A stretch of DNA of 64,000 nt from Podarcis muralis. Taxonomy: Eukaryota. Both the position numbers and the translations under genes were made by a program. Below the pieces are notes generated by a model. It had not been told where the DNA came from and ran no database searches. It saw nothing but the letters and a program-made list of their open reading frames with translations. The stretch spans positions 22,072,001-22,136,000 of the forward strand of contig NC_135658.1 of NCBI RefSeq assembly GCF_964188315.1, in the 5' to 3' direction. Below are positions 22,422-34,437 of this stretch, piece by piece (positions within the stretch are counted from its first letter, which is position 1; the number at the start of each line of letters is the position of its first letter).

Positions 22422-22978
22422 GAAGGATGGAAGATTCAGGACAGCTGAATGGATTTATAAATCTCATATCTCCTTTGAAGCCAGATTTTACTTCACTGGC
22501 ACCCATGGCAGTTGCCATGAGCATGGAGCCAATTTTCCTGGTTTTTCCCACATGACCCGCACTGCTTGCTGTAAGTTGCTGATGATGCGAGAAAGACAGG
22601 CATGCAAGAGAGGATATGATAGAGGAGTATGAAACAGTATCCCTCGGGAGGTGGTGGACTTTCCTCCTTGGAGGTTTTTAAGCAGAGGTTGGATGACCCT
22701 CTGCCATGGATGCTTTAGCTGAGATTCCTGCATTGCAAGGGGTTGGACTAGATGAACCTTGAGAGCCTTCCAGCCCATGATTCTATGGAGAAACAAGACT
22801 AGAACATGAAGACATTCATTGAAGCTGAAGGATGGAAGATTCAGGACAGACAGAACCATTTACATAGTGCATACTTAAACTATAGAATTTGTTCTCAAAA
22901 GGTAACCAGCTTTGGTTGCTTTTTAGAGAGTTAGACAAATTCCTAGCACGTAAGGATATTAACATTTATTAGCCACAA

Positions 22979-23240
22979 TAGAAGAAGAAGAGAAGAAGAA
23001 GAGTTTGGGCTTAATATCCTGCCTTTCACTCCTCTTAAGGAGTCTCAAAGCGGCTAACCATCTCCTTTCCCTTCCTCCCCAACGACAAACACTCTGTGAG
23101 ATGAGTGAGGCTGAGAGACTTCAGAGACGTGTGGTTAGCCCAAGGTCACCCAGCAGCTGCATGTGGAGGAGTTGGGAAGAGAACCCGGTTCACCAGATTA
23201 CGAGTCCACCGCTCTTAAACCACTACACCACACTGGCTCT
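22979..23240 (-). mobile_element. Squam3-like SINE (duplicated with the unit)
   Basis: Paralog of 8636-8892, with a (GAA)n tail on the plus strand. Confidence 0.8.
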
Positions 23241-23342
23241 GTATGACGTCCAATGTTGGAGCCAGTAGGTCTCTGAACAGGGCCAGCCCACCTATGGGGC
23301 AAGGTGAGGCAACCACCTCAGGTAAGGTTGATTTGATTTCCC

Positions 23343-23512
23343 CAGTGGCGTAGCGTGGGTTGTCAGCACCCGGGGCAAGGCAAGTAATTTGCGCCCCCTA
23401 ACCCGTGGATTTTAGCAGGGGGCAGAGAGCTGCGAGTGCGAGTGTGCGCCCCCCCCCAGAAGTTGTGCCCGGTGCGGCCGGGCCCCCCTGCACCCCCCAC
23501 GCTACGCCACTG
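23343..23512. mobile_element. hAT-type MITE
   Basis: 13-bp TIR CAGTGGCGTAGCG/CGCTACGCCACTG and 8-bp TSD GATTTCCC (23335-23342, 23513-23520). The empty site is visible in the paralogous unit at 16561-16568. Confidence 0.9.
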
Positions 23513-23568
23513 GATTTCCCCACCTTGTTTGTGATGTAGATCTTCACTCTCCCATTTCTTCCCAGTGG

Positions 23569-24080
23569 TGTCATGTACAGGGCAGAGGAGGAAGAATGGT
23601 GGAGACCACCGCTGCAGGCTTTGACCAGAGAGGAGGAATGGGCAGGTAGCATAGACCTCCAGGAGTGGTTTGGCACAGAGCATACCTGTAAGGGAGATGA
23701 GGGGAGGGGAGTTGGGGGGGGGAGTTGGGGGGAAATGGGAGAGGAGGAGGAGGAGAACATGGATAGCATTCAGCAGGAGGAGGCTGAGCAGCAGTTGAAT
23801 GAGATTATGTCGCTGGAGAGTATCCCAGAACCCGTTCTCTCTCCCCAAATCAGGCATTCGCTGAGAATAGTCAAACAGAGAGCTCAGAGGCAACTGTCTC
23901 ATACCAGTCACAGTCAGATGCAGCAGGAGAAATTAGATGAACAGGAAAGTAACGGAGAAGGGGGGTGGAACTTCACTCAGGGCAACATTAGGTGCATCTT
24001 GAATTCTTCTCTGCAAATTGTATTATAAGCAGAACTGAAAAAGCTTGCTGTTTCTCTATCCCACAGTCTTCCTGGGAATC
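23569..24080 (+). mobile_element. LTR-like element (duplicated with the unit)
   Basis: Paralog of 9030-9539. Confidence 0.5.
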
Positions 24081-24779
24081 GGCTGCAGCAAAAGTGGTTT
24101 GTGGATAAACCAAAGATTACCCTGTGTGACAATTTTTTATCAACAAGCTGATAAACAGAAAACTTTAATAAAAAGATTGCACCCTCAAATATTTTACATA
24201 ACATTCGGCATTATTTCCATCATAGCTTTTTGAAATATTATGTCCTGGTGGTTTTATAATATTTTTAATATATTGTCTCATTTCAGCATTAAAATTTCTG
24301 CCAACACAGTTATCAGTATAACGTTTGCAATGGCTTTCTAGACAGATGTGAATTCACTCCACAAACGTACAAATATTGCATTTCAATGGCTTGAGAGGAT
24401 TGGGTTGTGATTCGATCGCTGTACACCCAAGGTTACTTTGAGAGAAAACCTGAGATATCCAAAATACCAGCACTGCTTCCATGCATTTCTTTAGCATGGT
24501 AATGCTCCTGTATGACAACATTCCATTGCGCTGGACAGATTTCAACCACTTACATAGGACAGGAATTCTGTCTTGAACAGCAAAGAGACTCTCAACATAC
24601 TGTGAAAGTATAAACAAAGATTTTCATATGTGAATATTTCCACTTGAGATGAACTGAACCAATGCTTACAGAGTCAAATATAAGTTATATAATAGTGCTC
24701 ATTATACCCATCATACCCTTTTGAAACTTTCTGCATTGTTCACTTCTGTGATCTAGAATGATTTTAGTTCCTCTGTTCA

Positions 24780-26987
24780 TTATGATGGAGAGATTCTTGA
24801 ACTCTTTCTTCTAACCTTCTTACTTAGCACAAACCTGTAATACATACCCATGCCAACAGCAGCAGTTACCATGGAAAGGACTAACACACTTCCTACAATA
24901 CTACCTACACTGACACCATTCCAGTTTTTTGAAATTGGCCCACTGTCAATGCTGCCCCCATATCCTTTCTTTAGACAGTCAGGAGGGGCCCAACCATAAG
25001 AACAATGGCAGTGTTTGTGGTTGTTGCATATTCCCCTATTATGGCACTTTGTGGCATTGCAATCATACTGCAAGAGGGACACGTTCTTGCATTCCCTACG
25101 AATACACATCATGCCAGTGCCACAAGGTGTACCGTCTTCCACTGCTCCAAGATCAGCTACTTCCATTCCACTGTGGTAGTCTATAGCCCAGCAGTTACTT
25201 TTGCCAATGGTGGTTTGAATGATGGTTTGGTGTTCCTCCAAGGTAGGTACCCCATAAATATTACTACACTGCATTCGGCCACATAGAATATTTTCAGCAT
25301 TGCATTTCTTTAAAATACCATGCTCAAGGCCACAATTGCCAAAGCGATCACCTTGAACATTCAGTCCTCTGAAACAATCCTCTGAAGCTCGTACGGTTTT
25401 CTTGCCAAATATCTTTTCACACTGCCCATTAGGAGTACTACAACGGCCATGATAGCAATAGACTCCATCACCACAAGGGGCACCGTCTTGTACATAAACA
25501 TCTTCTGGACATTGGCCTGAGGTTCCAGTGCAAAATTCAGGAAGATCACACATACTAATACTCTTTCTGCAAATGGATCCAGCGGGACGGTACTTGCACC
25601 TGGCACAACACAGTCCAGAAGAACAATTGGCACATGGACGCAACGTGCAATCTGGCCTGCAACAATAATCCAATCGACACTGTTCAGTTGTACCACAGTC
25701 ACATTGCTCTCCTTTTTCAACTACTTTGTTGCCACAGTATTCGAGGTTATACATTTGATCAGGGTCTGGTGGAATCAACAAGCAAGGTGAGTCCTTTCGA
25801 TTGAAATACCTATGGTAACTGCAGTTGCTAAACTTATCAGTCCGTGAGTGCCAAGCAGCCATAATGCAGGCACGTCGGTCACATTTACAGTCCGAACTAT
25901 CATGGGGTATGCCAAGATTATGCCCAAATTCATGAGCAAATAGCACAGAAAAATCAAACAAATTGAAATATATTGATACTTCAAGAGCAGTGGCCCAATA
26001 TTTACTACAAATTTGTCCTACATATGCTAGTCCGATAGTACTTCCATACGACCTGTATACAATTAAGTGAGCAGCATCATTCTTTAGATGGTTAAGGAGA
26101 GTGCTACGGCTCCATATACTAAAAGCTTTAAGTGTGGCACCTATTCCACCATCAACATCTATGAGGTTCTTTTCTGACCATATCTCCAGTCCTGCTATAG
26201 ACACTTCAACTAAAAATGGCTCAAAAAATGAATTTACCATATGGATGGTCTCAAGAAGTTTCAAAGCAATATCAGTTTCATTTTTATTAAACTTAACATA
26301 TCGTTCATGCTCCACCACAAATGCCACTTCTGCATGTCTCTTGTGTGGCCACCAGAGTTCTGCTGGAGGACTTCTGACAGCCACATGCTTTCTGTCTTGG
26401 ATCATGGCCTCTTGATTCCTTTGCTCTTCCTCCGTCAACCCACACCTCATGTGCATGGCACCCTCCTCTATTTCCAGCCGATACACCACATGCTGAAAGG
26501 TAGCAGATGGCTGGATAGGTTCAATTTGATATGTCTCATTGTTAAGTTGTAACAGGCCCCTGAGTCCCCCAGAGCAAGTGCTGAGAGTGACTGAAGAGAG
26601 AGGCTTGTCCTGTATGAAGCCACTGTAGAAACAATCATCCCTGATGTAATGATAGTCATTCAGGAGGTCCCCTTCCTTATTGTATGTGAAGATGGGGAAG
26701 TGTTTAGGAACAATGCCCTTCTTCTGCTTGAGATGCACCACCCGACCCTTCCCCTCAATCTGTAGCAGGTAGCTGACATCCAGGGTTTCCTGTAGTCCAT
26801 ACCTGAAGCTCAGTCTCCTTGGGATGGTCACCTCATAAGAGGCATACCTAAAGCCCTGAGGTGGTGTCTGGCCACCAGTCGCACTCAGGAGATTCCTCAA
26901 GAACATAATGAGCAGCCATGCCAGGCTGCCACTCATTTTCCCAGAAAGAGGAAAGAATCTCTTGAAGCACCACCTCTGGCATCTCAT
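24780..26987 (-). CDS. ADAM20/21/30-like metalloprotease-disintegrin (copy 4; likely start is the ATG at 26936)
   Basis: 735-aa uninterrupted ORF with HEFGHNLGIPHD and the complete domain set. Confidence 0.95.
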   Translation of the reverse strand: MRCQRWCFKRFFPLSGKMSGSLAWLLIMFLRNLLSATGGQTPPQGFRYASYEVTIPRRLSFRYGLQETLDVSYLLQIEGKGRVVHLKQKKGIVPKHFPIFTYNKEGDLLNDYHYIRDDCFYSGFIQDKPLSSVTLSTCSGGLRGLLQLNNETYQIEPIQPSATFQHVVYRLEIEEGAMHMRCGLTEEEQRNQEAMIQDRKHVAVRSPPAELWWPHKRHAEVAFVVEHERYVKFNKNETDIALKLLETIHMVNSFFEPFLVEVSIAGLEIWSEKNLIDVDGGIGATLKAFSIWSRSTLLNHLKNDAAHLIVYRSYGSTIGLAYVGQICSKYWATALEVSIYFNLFDFSVLFAHEFGHNLGIPHDSSDCKCDRRACIMAAWHSRTDKFSNCSYHRYFNRKDSPCLLIPPDPDQMYNLEYCGNKVVEKGEQCDCGTTEQCRLDYCCRPDCTLRPCANCSSGLCCARCKYRPAGSICRKSISMCDLPEFCTGTSGQCPEDVYVQDGAPCGDGVYCYHGRCSTPNGQCEKIFGKKTVRASEDCFRGLNVQGDRFGNCGLEHGILKKCNAENILCGRMQCSNIYGVPTLEEHQTIIQTTIGKSNCWAIDYHSGMEVADLGAVEDGTPCGTGMMCIRRECKNVSLLQYDCNATKCHNRGICNNHKHCHCSYGWAPPDCLKKGYGGSIDSGPISKNWNGVSVGSIVGSVLVLSMVTAAVGMGMYYRFVLSKKVRRKSSRISPS

Positions 26988-29900
26988 CCCTGAAAGGGAA
27001 GCCCCAAACAGTTGTTACCAGGTTAGTAGATAGAGGGGAAGGAGGCTATATGTGAATTAGGAGAGGAGGAAGATATGTTGCCTAGCAACTGCCAGTGTGC
27101 TCCGTCTGTGGAATGTGGGCGGAGCTTGGAGGATCAAAGAAGGAACAGAATGGCAGAGGAAGAGCAGGGAAGAAAACATTCCTAAGAAGTTCCTGCCTGA
27201 GAGGGTTGCATGAAGAAGAGCAAAAAAAAGAGAGAGTCTAACAAGTTCTATTTCAGCATCAGTCAGTGGGCATGAAGCCACTTCTTACATTGGATGGGTT
27301 ATAATCCTCAGTTGTCAGGTATGGAATATAAATAGTACTTTCTGTGACAATTCAATTAGTGTTTAAATGTATGCAAAACAAAAAAGTAACTGGTGATAGA
27401 ACAATCGTCTTTGCGTTGCTGAGTTCCTTTTCAGCTCTGAGGCAAAAGCTCCTCTTCACTTGGCCAGTTGAAGAAGCCCAGGTGAGCAAAGTGCTTCTTC
27501 TGGCCACAGTTTTCACTTGTCTACCTCCTTCAGAGAAGGGAAGCCAGCAGGGAGTGCTGGCCACCAGCTCATTCAAAACCACCCGGATGAGTGAATGACC
27601 CCTCTAATCCCTCCCAATCCCCTCAGCATCTTCCTTTTTTGCACACCAAGCTGCAGCCTCCCTCAACGGGAGCTTCCATGAGTTCCTGCTCCAGGCCTTG
27701 AGTTCCAAATCTCCCACAGTTTCTTTCCCAAATGAAGCACCTCAGTGGCACACAATGGGCACCCAGGTCTCTTCACTTTCCAGCTCCATAGTTGTTCTGT
27801 CAGGTACTGGACTTCCCCTGCTCTTCCCACCCCCACACAAATTCACCACCATCACCTCAGTTCTCTCCCAATTTCCAGTTTGACTTGGTTCATTCTGGCA
27901 GCTGCTGCAGGACACAAAACTCCCCCCAACTTTCTCCCTCCATTTCAAGAAAGTGGAGTGCCTTACCTGGTAGGTGGGTGGTGGGGATGTGTGCACCTCT
28001 GACTCACAGTCTCACCACACTGCTTGCCGGCCAAGGGGTGTTGCTGGGTGGCCTATACCACCCCAGAAAAACCCCTTCCATCCAGGAGCCAGTCTAGGAT
28101 GATGCAGCAGAAGCACAATTATTGCACACACACCCCAGGCCTGTGTCTCCAGTGGGGGCCACCTTGGTCAACCCCTAGGTACACCCCTTCTTCGTGCAAA
28201 CAGCCCATAGCACCTAGCTACCATACCTAAGTTCCTTGAATTCCCCCATCAAAAGCAACCTGCCACTTCCCTCAAAGACAGTCTGTGCTTTTCAACCTTC
28301 CATTCAACTCAGAACATTCACAAACATTCCCTGACAGTACAAGAGCTTAGCCTCTTTATTAAACCAGCAGACAAGATAGCAATTCTTCATTTACAGCAAA
28401 ATGCAATTTGCCTATATACAGAGTAAACAGAAACCACGCATCCTTCTTTATTCGACCTCTGCCTACTCTTCAGACTACATTAGAATATGGCATTTTCCAC
28501 CCTGTCTAGCTGTTACCATTTTATTTCTGTCAACTATTTAAACTTTTTTTTGCTCTAAAGAGGTGAAGTGATTTATAATGTTATTCCAGTGGTTCAACAT
28601 CCTCTTAACTAGAGATGTGCTCTCTTAAATGCATGTCATAGTTTTTTATCAGTTTGGTAGCAAAGTTGCAGAGATAAGAGGAAGGTGTTACTTTACGTTG
28701 TGATGTAAGTCCTTCTTGGAGGTAGGAAAAAACAAGTCACTATCTATGGCTCTAAAGTGTTTTCCTTTGATAGAAAAGATTAGCTAGGAGGCTTTGCTTT
28801 GCTGCAGTGTTGCTGCCAGAGAAAAAAGGGGGTCTGAAAATCAACGTACCCTGGGATACTGTAATCTTTTCTAATGGTATGCGGTAGGAGCCAGGCTCAG
28901 AACCTTTATGAAGTGAGAGGACAATTATTATTTTTCTTTGGTTCTCTCTTTCCTGACAGGCCAACACATTTCATGTCTGTTCTTTAGTTTTTGAACCCTA
29001 CAGTAGAAGACAGGTGTAAGGGCACCATTTAAGGAGTACAGGAGAAGTTGTCCCCCCCTCCCCAATTTCACATGGGATCACTAATTCTGGAGGTAGCTAG
29101 ATTTCTGGCAAATCCATTGTTGGTAGCTCTACACACGTGCTTCATATGTCATGCTAAAGTAATCCATGGCTTAGTGCAGAAGCATCAGCATGTGGGTTCT
29201 CTGGTAAGATATTGCAACTGCTTTTCTCCTCCTTCTACTCCAGTCCTGCTGTTGCTATGCTGCTGTGAACCAAGCCAAACTATGGCTTGGCTCTCAACAG
29301 CAGCAGAGCCAGAGGAGAGGCAAAGTGGCTGCAATCTTCTCTCTGGTGAGGTCCTTTATACTCCAGTGCTTGCACTAAGCCATTGTTCGTATTTGCATGA
29401 GGTGCATATCAAGCTGCACTTCACCCCACCCCTGAGGGATTGTTGCTGCAAATTTAATATACTAGGGCATGAATTTATTTGACCCTATCTACATCAAGCT
29501 ATATTCTATCTTTATCACCAAACTCCAAATATAATTGCACATTGTATTAATTAACATTCTTTTTTAATATATTAGTGGCCATGTGATAATTTTAGCTTAT
29601 AAATTTTATTGTTTAATGTCTTAACTTGTATAATAAGGTACTTGTATAGCTCTGTTTAGAGTAGATAATATAAATGTTTTAAGTTTGTTGTATCAATCCA
29701 GTATATTTTCTTTTAATTGTTGAATGATTCTGTGTACACTGTGGCAGCCTTTGACTATGTGCAATAAAACTGACTGACTGAATATACTAGGGCAGAGATG
29801 TCCAACGTGTCAATCATGATCAACAGGTAGATGGATGGATTTCCATCAGTCACAATATGGCCAGGCAGCCTTTGCTCCTCCCTCGCAGCCAGGGTTTGGC

Positions 29901-30234
29901 TGCGGGAGGGAGGGAACTGTGCCTCCGCTTCCACAGTCCCATGAGGTCCACAGCACACACCGGAAGGCTGAATGGGGTTTGCGAGGTGGCTGCAGGAGGG
30001 AGAGAGTTGTGCCTCCGCTTTTGCCGTCCTCGGCTGGGCAGCCCTTGCTGGGTGCTGCAGGGCCGTGCTCGTGTGACGGGCAGAGGGTGCAGCAGTCCCC
30101 CTCGGGAGCAAAGGGAAGTGGGCTGTGGGGCTGCCGATGTTGCACATTCGGGGTGAGGCTGGATAAAAGGAGGGCACTTTTCTTTCCTCCTCCATACAGA
30201 GTGACCTGTGGTTTGATCAGCTGTTACCTCCCTT

Positions 30235-30520
30235 TGGGCAATACATGGAAAAAGGCGATGGAATCGAACGTGGACCTTGGAGGATGAAGTTAATGGACTA
30301 TGCAGAACTAGATAAATTAACAGGAAGGATTCAAAACCAGTGGGACCAGAAATTCACAGAAGACTGGAGTAAATTTACAGACTATTTGAAAAGTATTTGT
30401 GAAGACCAGACGATGTTTGTAGGTTTGCAAGAAGTTTTGTGAGGAGTATTATTGGAATTATTGCAAAAATGTATAAAGGGAAGGATGATTTGTTAAAAGA
30501 TTTAAAAATTATTAAAAAAG
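30235..30520 (+). mobile_element. L1-clade LINE 3' fragment
   Basis: Encodes WRMKLMDYAELDKLTGRI...FTEDWSKFTDYLK, homologous to the ORF2 end of 31633-32361. Confidence 0.65.
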
Positions 30521-30946
30521 GAATCGACCGTGGATCTGTGCTAAGGAAAGAAAGGGGTTTTTCCTGGCCACCAACACCTTACCCCTTGCACCTAATGACA
30601 ATGGGATAGTGTGGTAGATCACTGCCAGTTTTTAATGCTGGATAGTAGATCTCAGCCTACTTGAAGTTGGGTATGCCTGTACTAGAGGATGCATTTCAAT
30701 TCCCTGCCAAAGCTTCTCTTGTCCCCACTGCCCCTGCCCACATGTGGAAGTCTCTCTCACCAAGCCCCATACTGCAGAGGACGCCTACACAGACACACAG
30801 GAGAGCATTGTATGCAGAAGGCTTCACACAACAAAAGCTCGGAAGGGGGAGATTGTTGGCCATGCCACATTAAATCAGTATCTGAATTCACTAGTGAATT
30901 GTTCAACCACACACAACCTAGGTTGACAAAAATTGTTACAATGGAC

Positions 30947-32725
30947 TAAAGATAACTGAGAAATGCTGGTCAGAAGTGAAAAAAGATCTAGAAATTTGGA
31001 TGAACTTGAAGCTTTCCTTGCTTGGTCGAATTGCTGTTATTAAGATGAATGTATTGCCAAGAATGCTGTTTTCGTTTCAATCATTGCAAATTATTGACAA
31101 AATGGATTGTTTCAAGAAGTGGCAAAGAGATATTTCTAGATTTGTCTGGCAGGGCAAAAAGCCCAGAATTAAATTTAAGATACTTACTGATGCTAAAGAC
31201 AGAGGGGGGTTTGCCCTGCCAGATCTTAAACTTTATTATGAATCAGCAGCTTTTTGCTGGTTGAAGGAATGGCTGCTTCTTGAGAACACAGACATTTTAG
31301 ATCTTGAAGGTTATGATAATGTATTCGGGTGGCATGCATACTTGTGGTACGGCAAGGTTAAAGCTCATAAGGCATTTAAAAACCATATTGTCAGGAAAGC
31401 ACTGTTTAATGTCTGGATAAGGTATAAAGACTTCTTGGAGAGTAAAACCCCAAGGTGGTTATCACCTATGGAAGCGAAAGCTTTGAAAAAGCTCAATATG
31501 GAGGCCAAATGGCCAAAATATTGGGTAATTTTGGAACAGGAAGGTGACAAATTGAAATTGCAGAGCTATGAGAAACTTAAAGAGAAGGTGTGAGACTGGT
31601 TACATTATTTTCAAATAAGAGAGGTTTATAATTTGGATAAAAAAATTGGTTTCCAGGTGGAAAAATCAAAATTAGAAACAGAATTGTTAGAACCCAATGC
31701 TAAGACACTATCAAGAATGTATAATTTGCTGTTGAAATGGAACACTGAGGAAGAAACGGTAAAATCTGCTATGATAAAATGGGCACAAGATATAGGATAT
31801 AATATTATGTTTGCTGACTGGGAGCAGTTGTGGACCACTGGGGTTAAATTTACGGCATATAATGCCCTTAGAGAGAATATTATGAAAATGATGTACAGGT
31901 GGTACATGACCCCAGTCAAGCTCGCAAAAATCTATCATTTGCCCGATAATAAATGTTGGAAATGTAAAGAAACTGAAGGTACATTATTTCACCTTTGGTG
32001 GACGTGCCCAAGGATTAAGGCCTTCTGGGAAATGATCTATAACGAAATGAAAAAGGTATTTAAATATACTTTTCTGAAGAAACCAGAGGCCTTTCTCCTG
32101 GGCATACTCGGCCAATTGGTGCCAAAGAAGGACAGAACTTTCTTTATGTACGCTACAGCTGCAGCAAGAATACTCATTGCAAAGCATTGGAAGACACAAG
32201 ATCTACCCACCTTGGAAGAATGGCAGATGCAAGTAATGGATTACATGGAAATGGCGGAAATGACTGGCAGAATTCGGGATCAGGGAGAAGAGTTGGTGGA
32301 AGAAGATTGGAGGAAATTTAAAGTCTATTTACAGAAACATTGTAAAATTTTTGAATGTTGATGACATTGAAATGAAATGAAGGGGTTCTAGTAAATAAAG
32401 CAAAAGATTACTTAAGAGTGGATTGAGATTAGATGAAAGTTTGAAGTTAAAATATGTGAAATATGTGAGGAAAAATAATTAAGGACTAACCAATAGGATA
32501 TGAATTTGCTGAACCAATTTTTAATTGGAATACAAAAAAGGGAGGCATGAGGAAGTCAGGATAATAAGTTGACTAAAGTGGATAAATGAAAAAAGAGGGT
32601 TTTTTCTTTTTCTTTTTCTACCTTATGTTAATTGTTTGTATTTTTGTATTTTTGTGCTTTTGAGTTTATTTTTGTGTTTTTCTTACTGTTTGTCTTATAA
32701 TTTCTTTGTTGTGAAAACTGAATAA

Positions 32726-32783
<58 letters not shown>
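30947..32783 (+). mobile_element. L1-clade LINE, 5'-truncated, with (TA)n tail
   Basis: 16-bp TSD AATTGTTACAATGGAC (30931-30946, 32784-32799). The ORF2 C-terminal half (LSLLGRIAVIKMNVLP...GGFALPDLKLYY...KCWKCKETEGTLFHLWWTCP) is in one frame broken by a single TGA at 31591-31593. Confidence 0.92.
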
Positions 32784-32787
<4 letters not shown>

Positions 32788-33275
32788 GTTACAATGGACA
32801 AGAAATTAATAAGACCATTCCTAATTCCTGGCATAGGGACAGTATTTTAAGAGTCCATCTCAAAAGAAGTCCCCGAGCTGGTTATTTGAATCAGACCTAA
32901 ATATGTATATGCTGCCAAAAATAAATAAAATCCTCCATGGTGCACTCTCATGGGGCTGCTATTTCTTTAAGGAAGAATTTCTGGCAGAATTAATTCTTAT
33001 CTTACATTATTTCTGATGTCTGAAGCCTGCACACCTTAAGATAGTCACAGAAGGCAGCTTCAGTAAGAAATGACGGAACCAGAAGACAAGCATGGAATAT
33101 ATGTGTTTTGCGTTCAGTTTTCTTCTCCAACAGGTTTGTTTTTTTTTTAAAAAAACTGAGTTTTGCAGAAGGAAATGTTCAACTTGTCTAGGATTGGAAA
33201 CTTTCCTTAATGTATGGCTTCTGCACGATGTACAAAAATAAACATATGTTTAAAATGTGCAAGTAAAGCTTTTCC

Positions 33276-33632
33276 AGGAATGCGGGTGGCGCTGTGGGTT
33301 AAACCACAGAGCCTAGGACTTGCTGATCAGAAGGTCGGTGGTTCAAATCCCCGTGATGGGGTGAGCTCCTGTTGCTCGGTCCCTGCTCCTGCCAACCTAG
33401 CAGTTCGAAAGCATGTCAAAGTGCAAGTAGATAAATAGGTACCACTCCAGTGGGAAGGTAAACGGCGTTTCCGTGTGCTGCTCTGGTTCACCAGAAGCGG
33501 CTTAGTCATGCTGGCCACATGACCTGGAAGCTGTACGCCAGCTCCCTCAGCCAATAAAGCGAGATGAGTACCACAACCCCAGAGTCGGCCACGACTGGAC
33601 CTAATGGTCAGGGGTCCCTTTACCTTTACCTT
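33276..33632 (+). mobile_element. Sauria SINE (Squam1), full length
   Basis: GCGGGTGGCGCTGTGGGTTAAACCACAGAGCCTAGG head and ...GGGGTCCCTTTACCTTTACC tail. TSD TAAAGC(T/A)TTTCC at 33264-33275 and 33633-33644. Confidence 0.9.
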
Positions 33633-34437
33633 TAAAGCATTTCCTGGCATGGAGATGAAGTGATGGGAATATCTTCACCTAGTGAATTTGTGTAAGTTGG
33701 GCATGCTGCTGTTCTCCAGGTGCAGGTACGGTAAAAAGTACTGTGAATGCTGAAGATGGGATCCATCCCACCCCAAAGCCAGCAAAACTCATGTTAAATT
33801 TTTCCACGTTCCTTGTGGAATCCCCTCCTCCTCCTTCCAAAGTTCCCACTTGTCCCAGTATGTCCTGGGGCCTTTAAGAAGACCCTAAATTCTTCCAAGC
33901 TGATTCTTCCAAGCTTTTAGTTTGTTTGTTTTTTTGCAACTGTTTTATTATTTATACCCAGAGGTCTCAGGACGGTTCACAGAATAAAATCAAAATATAA
34001 AACAACAAAATACATAATCAAAATAAAAAACAACAACCCAGTAACTCCCCCCCCCCCCAAGGAAAAAACACACATTTTAAAAGGGCATTGGATGTCAATC
34101 AAATCAACCAAAGGTCGGGTAAAAAGGAACATTTTCTCTGATGTCATCTTTTCGATGGCTTTGTTTTTATGTCCTCTTTATGTTCAATTCTTTTGTTCTT
34201 AACACTTTTATTATAAGTTTCCTTGTCAGGCAACGCAGAGGCATGGGGGGAATAATATCTAAGGACTCAGGACCAGTTTACAAATTTGCAAAAAGAAACA
34301 AGAGCTCAATTTCTTCATCAGCTGTACCACTTCAGGTTAGTGAAGTGCTGGAAATACCAAACCAAAGGCACGCTGCCAATTCAAGACCTGTTGGGAATTT
34401 CCCCAGTTCCGCTCCGTATGACTGGCTCCGTATAGGT

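Noticed and set aside
7237-24780. Regularly spaced repeats suggesting a CRISPR-like array
   Set aside because: They are kilobase-scale tandem segmental duplications in a vertebrate genome, with no short repeat-spacer structure.
29787-30670. GC-rich ORFs (29755-30287) suggesting an exon
   Set aside because: Low-complexity internal repeats between hAT-like terminal sequences with a nested L1 fragment. It is most likely a decayed DNA element and the boundaries were too uncertain to call.
33276-33370. Possible tRNA genes here and at 1270-1327, 8820-8892 and 44800-44870
   Set aside because: These are tRNA-derived SINE heads that continue into SINE bodies and lack a complete cloverleaf.
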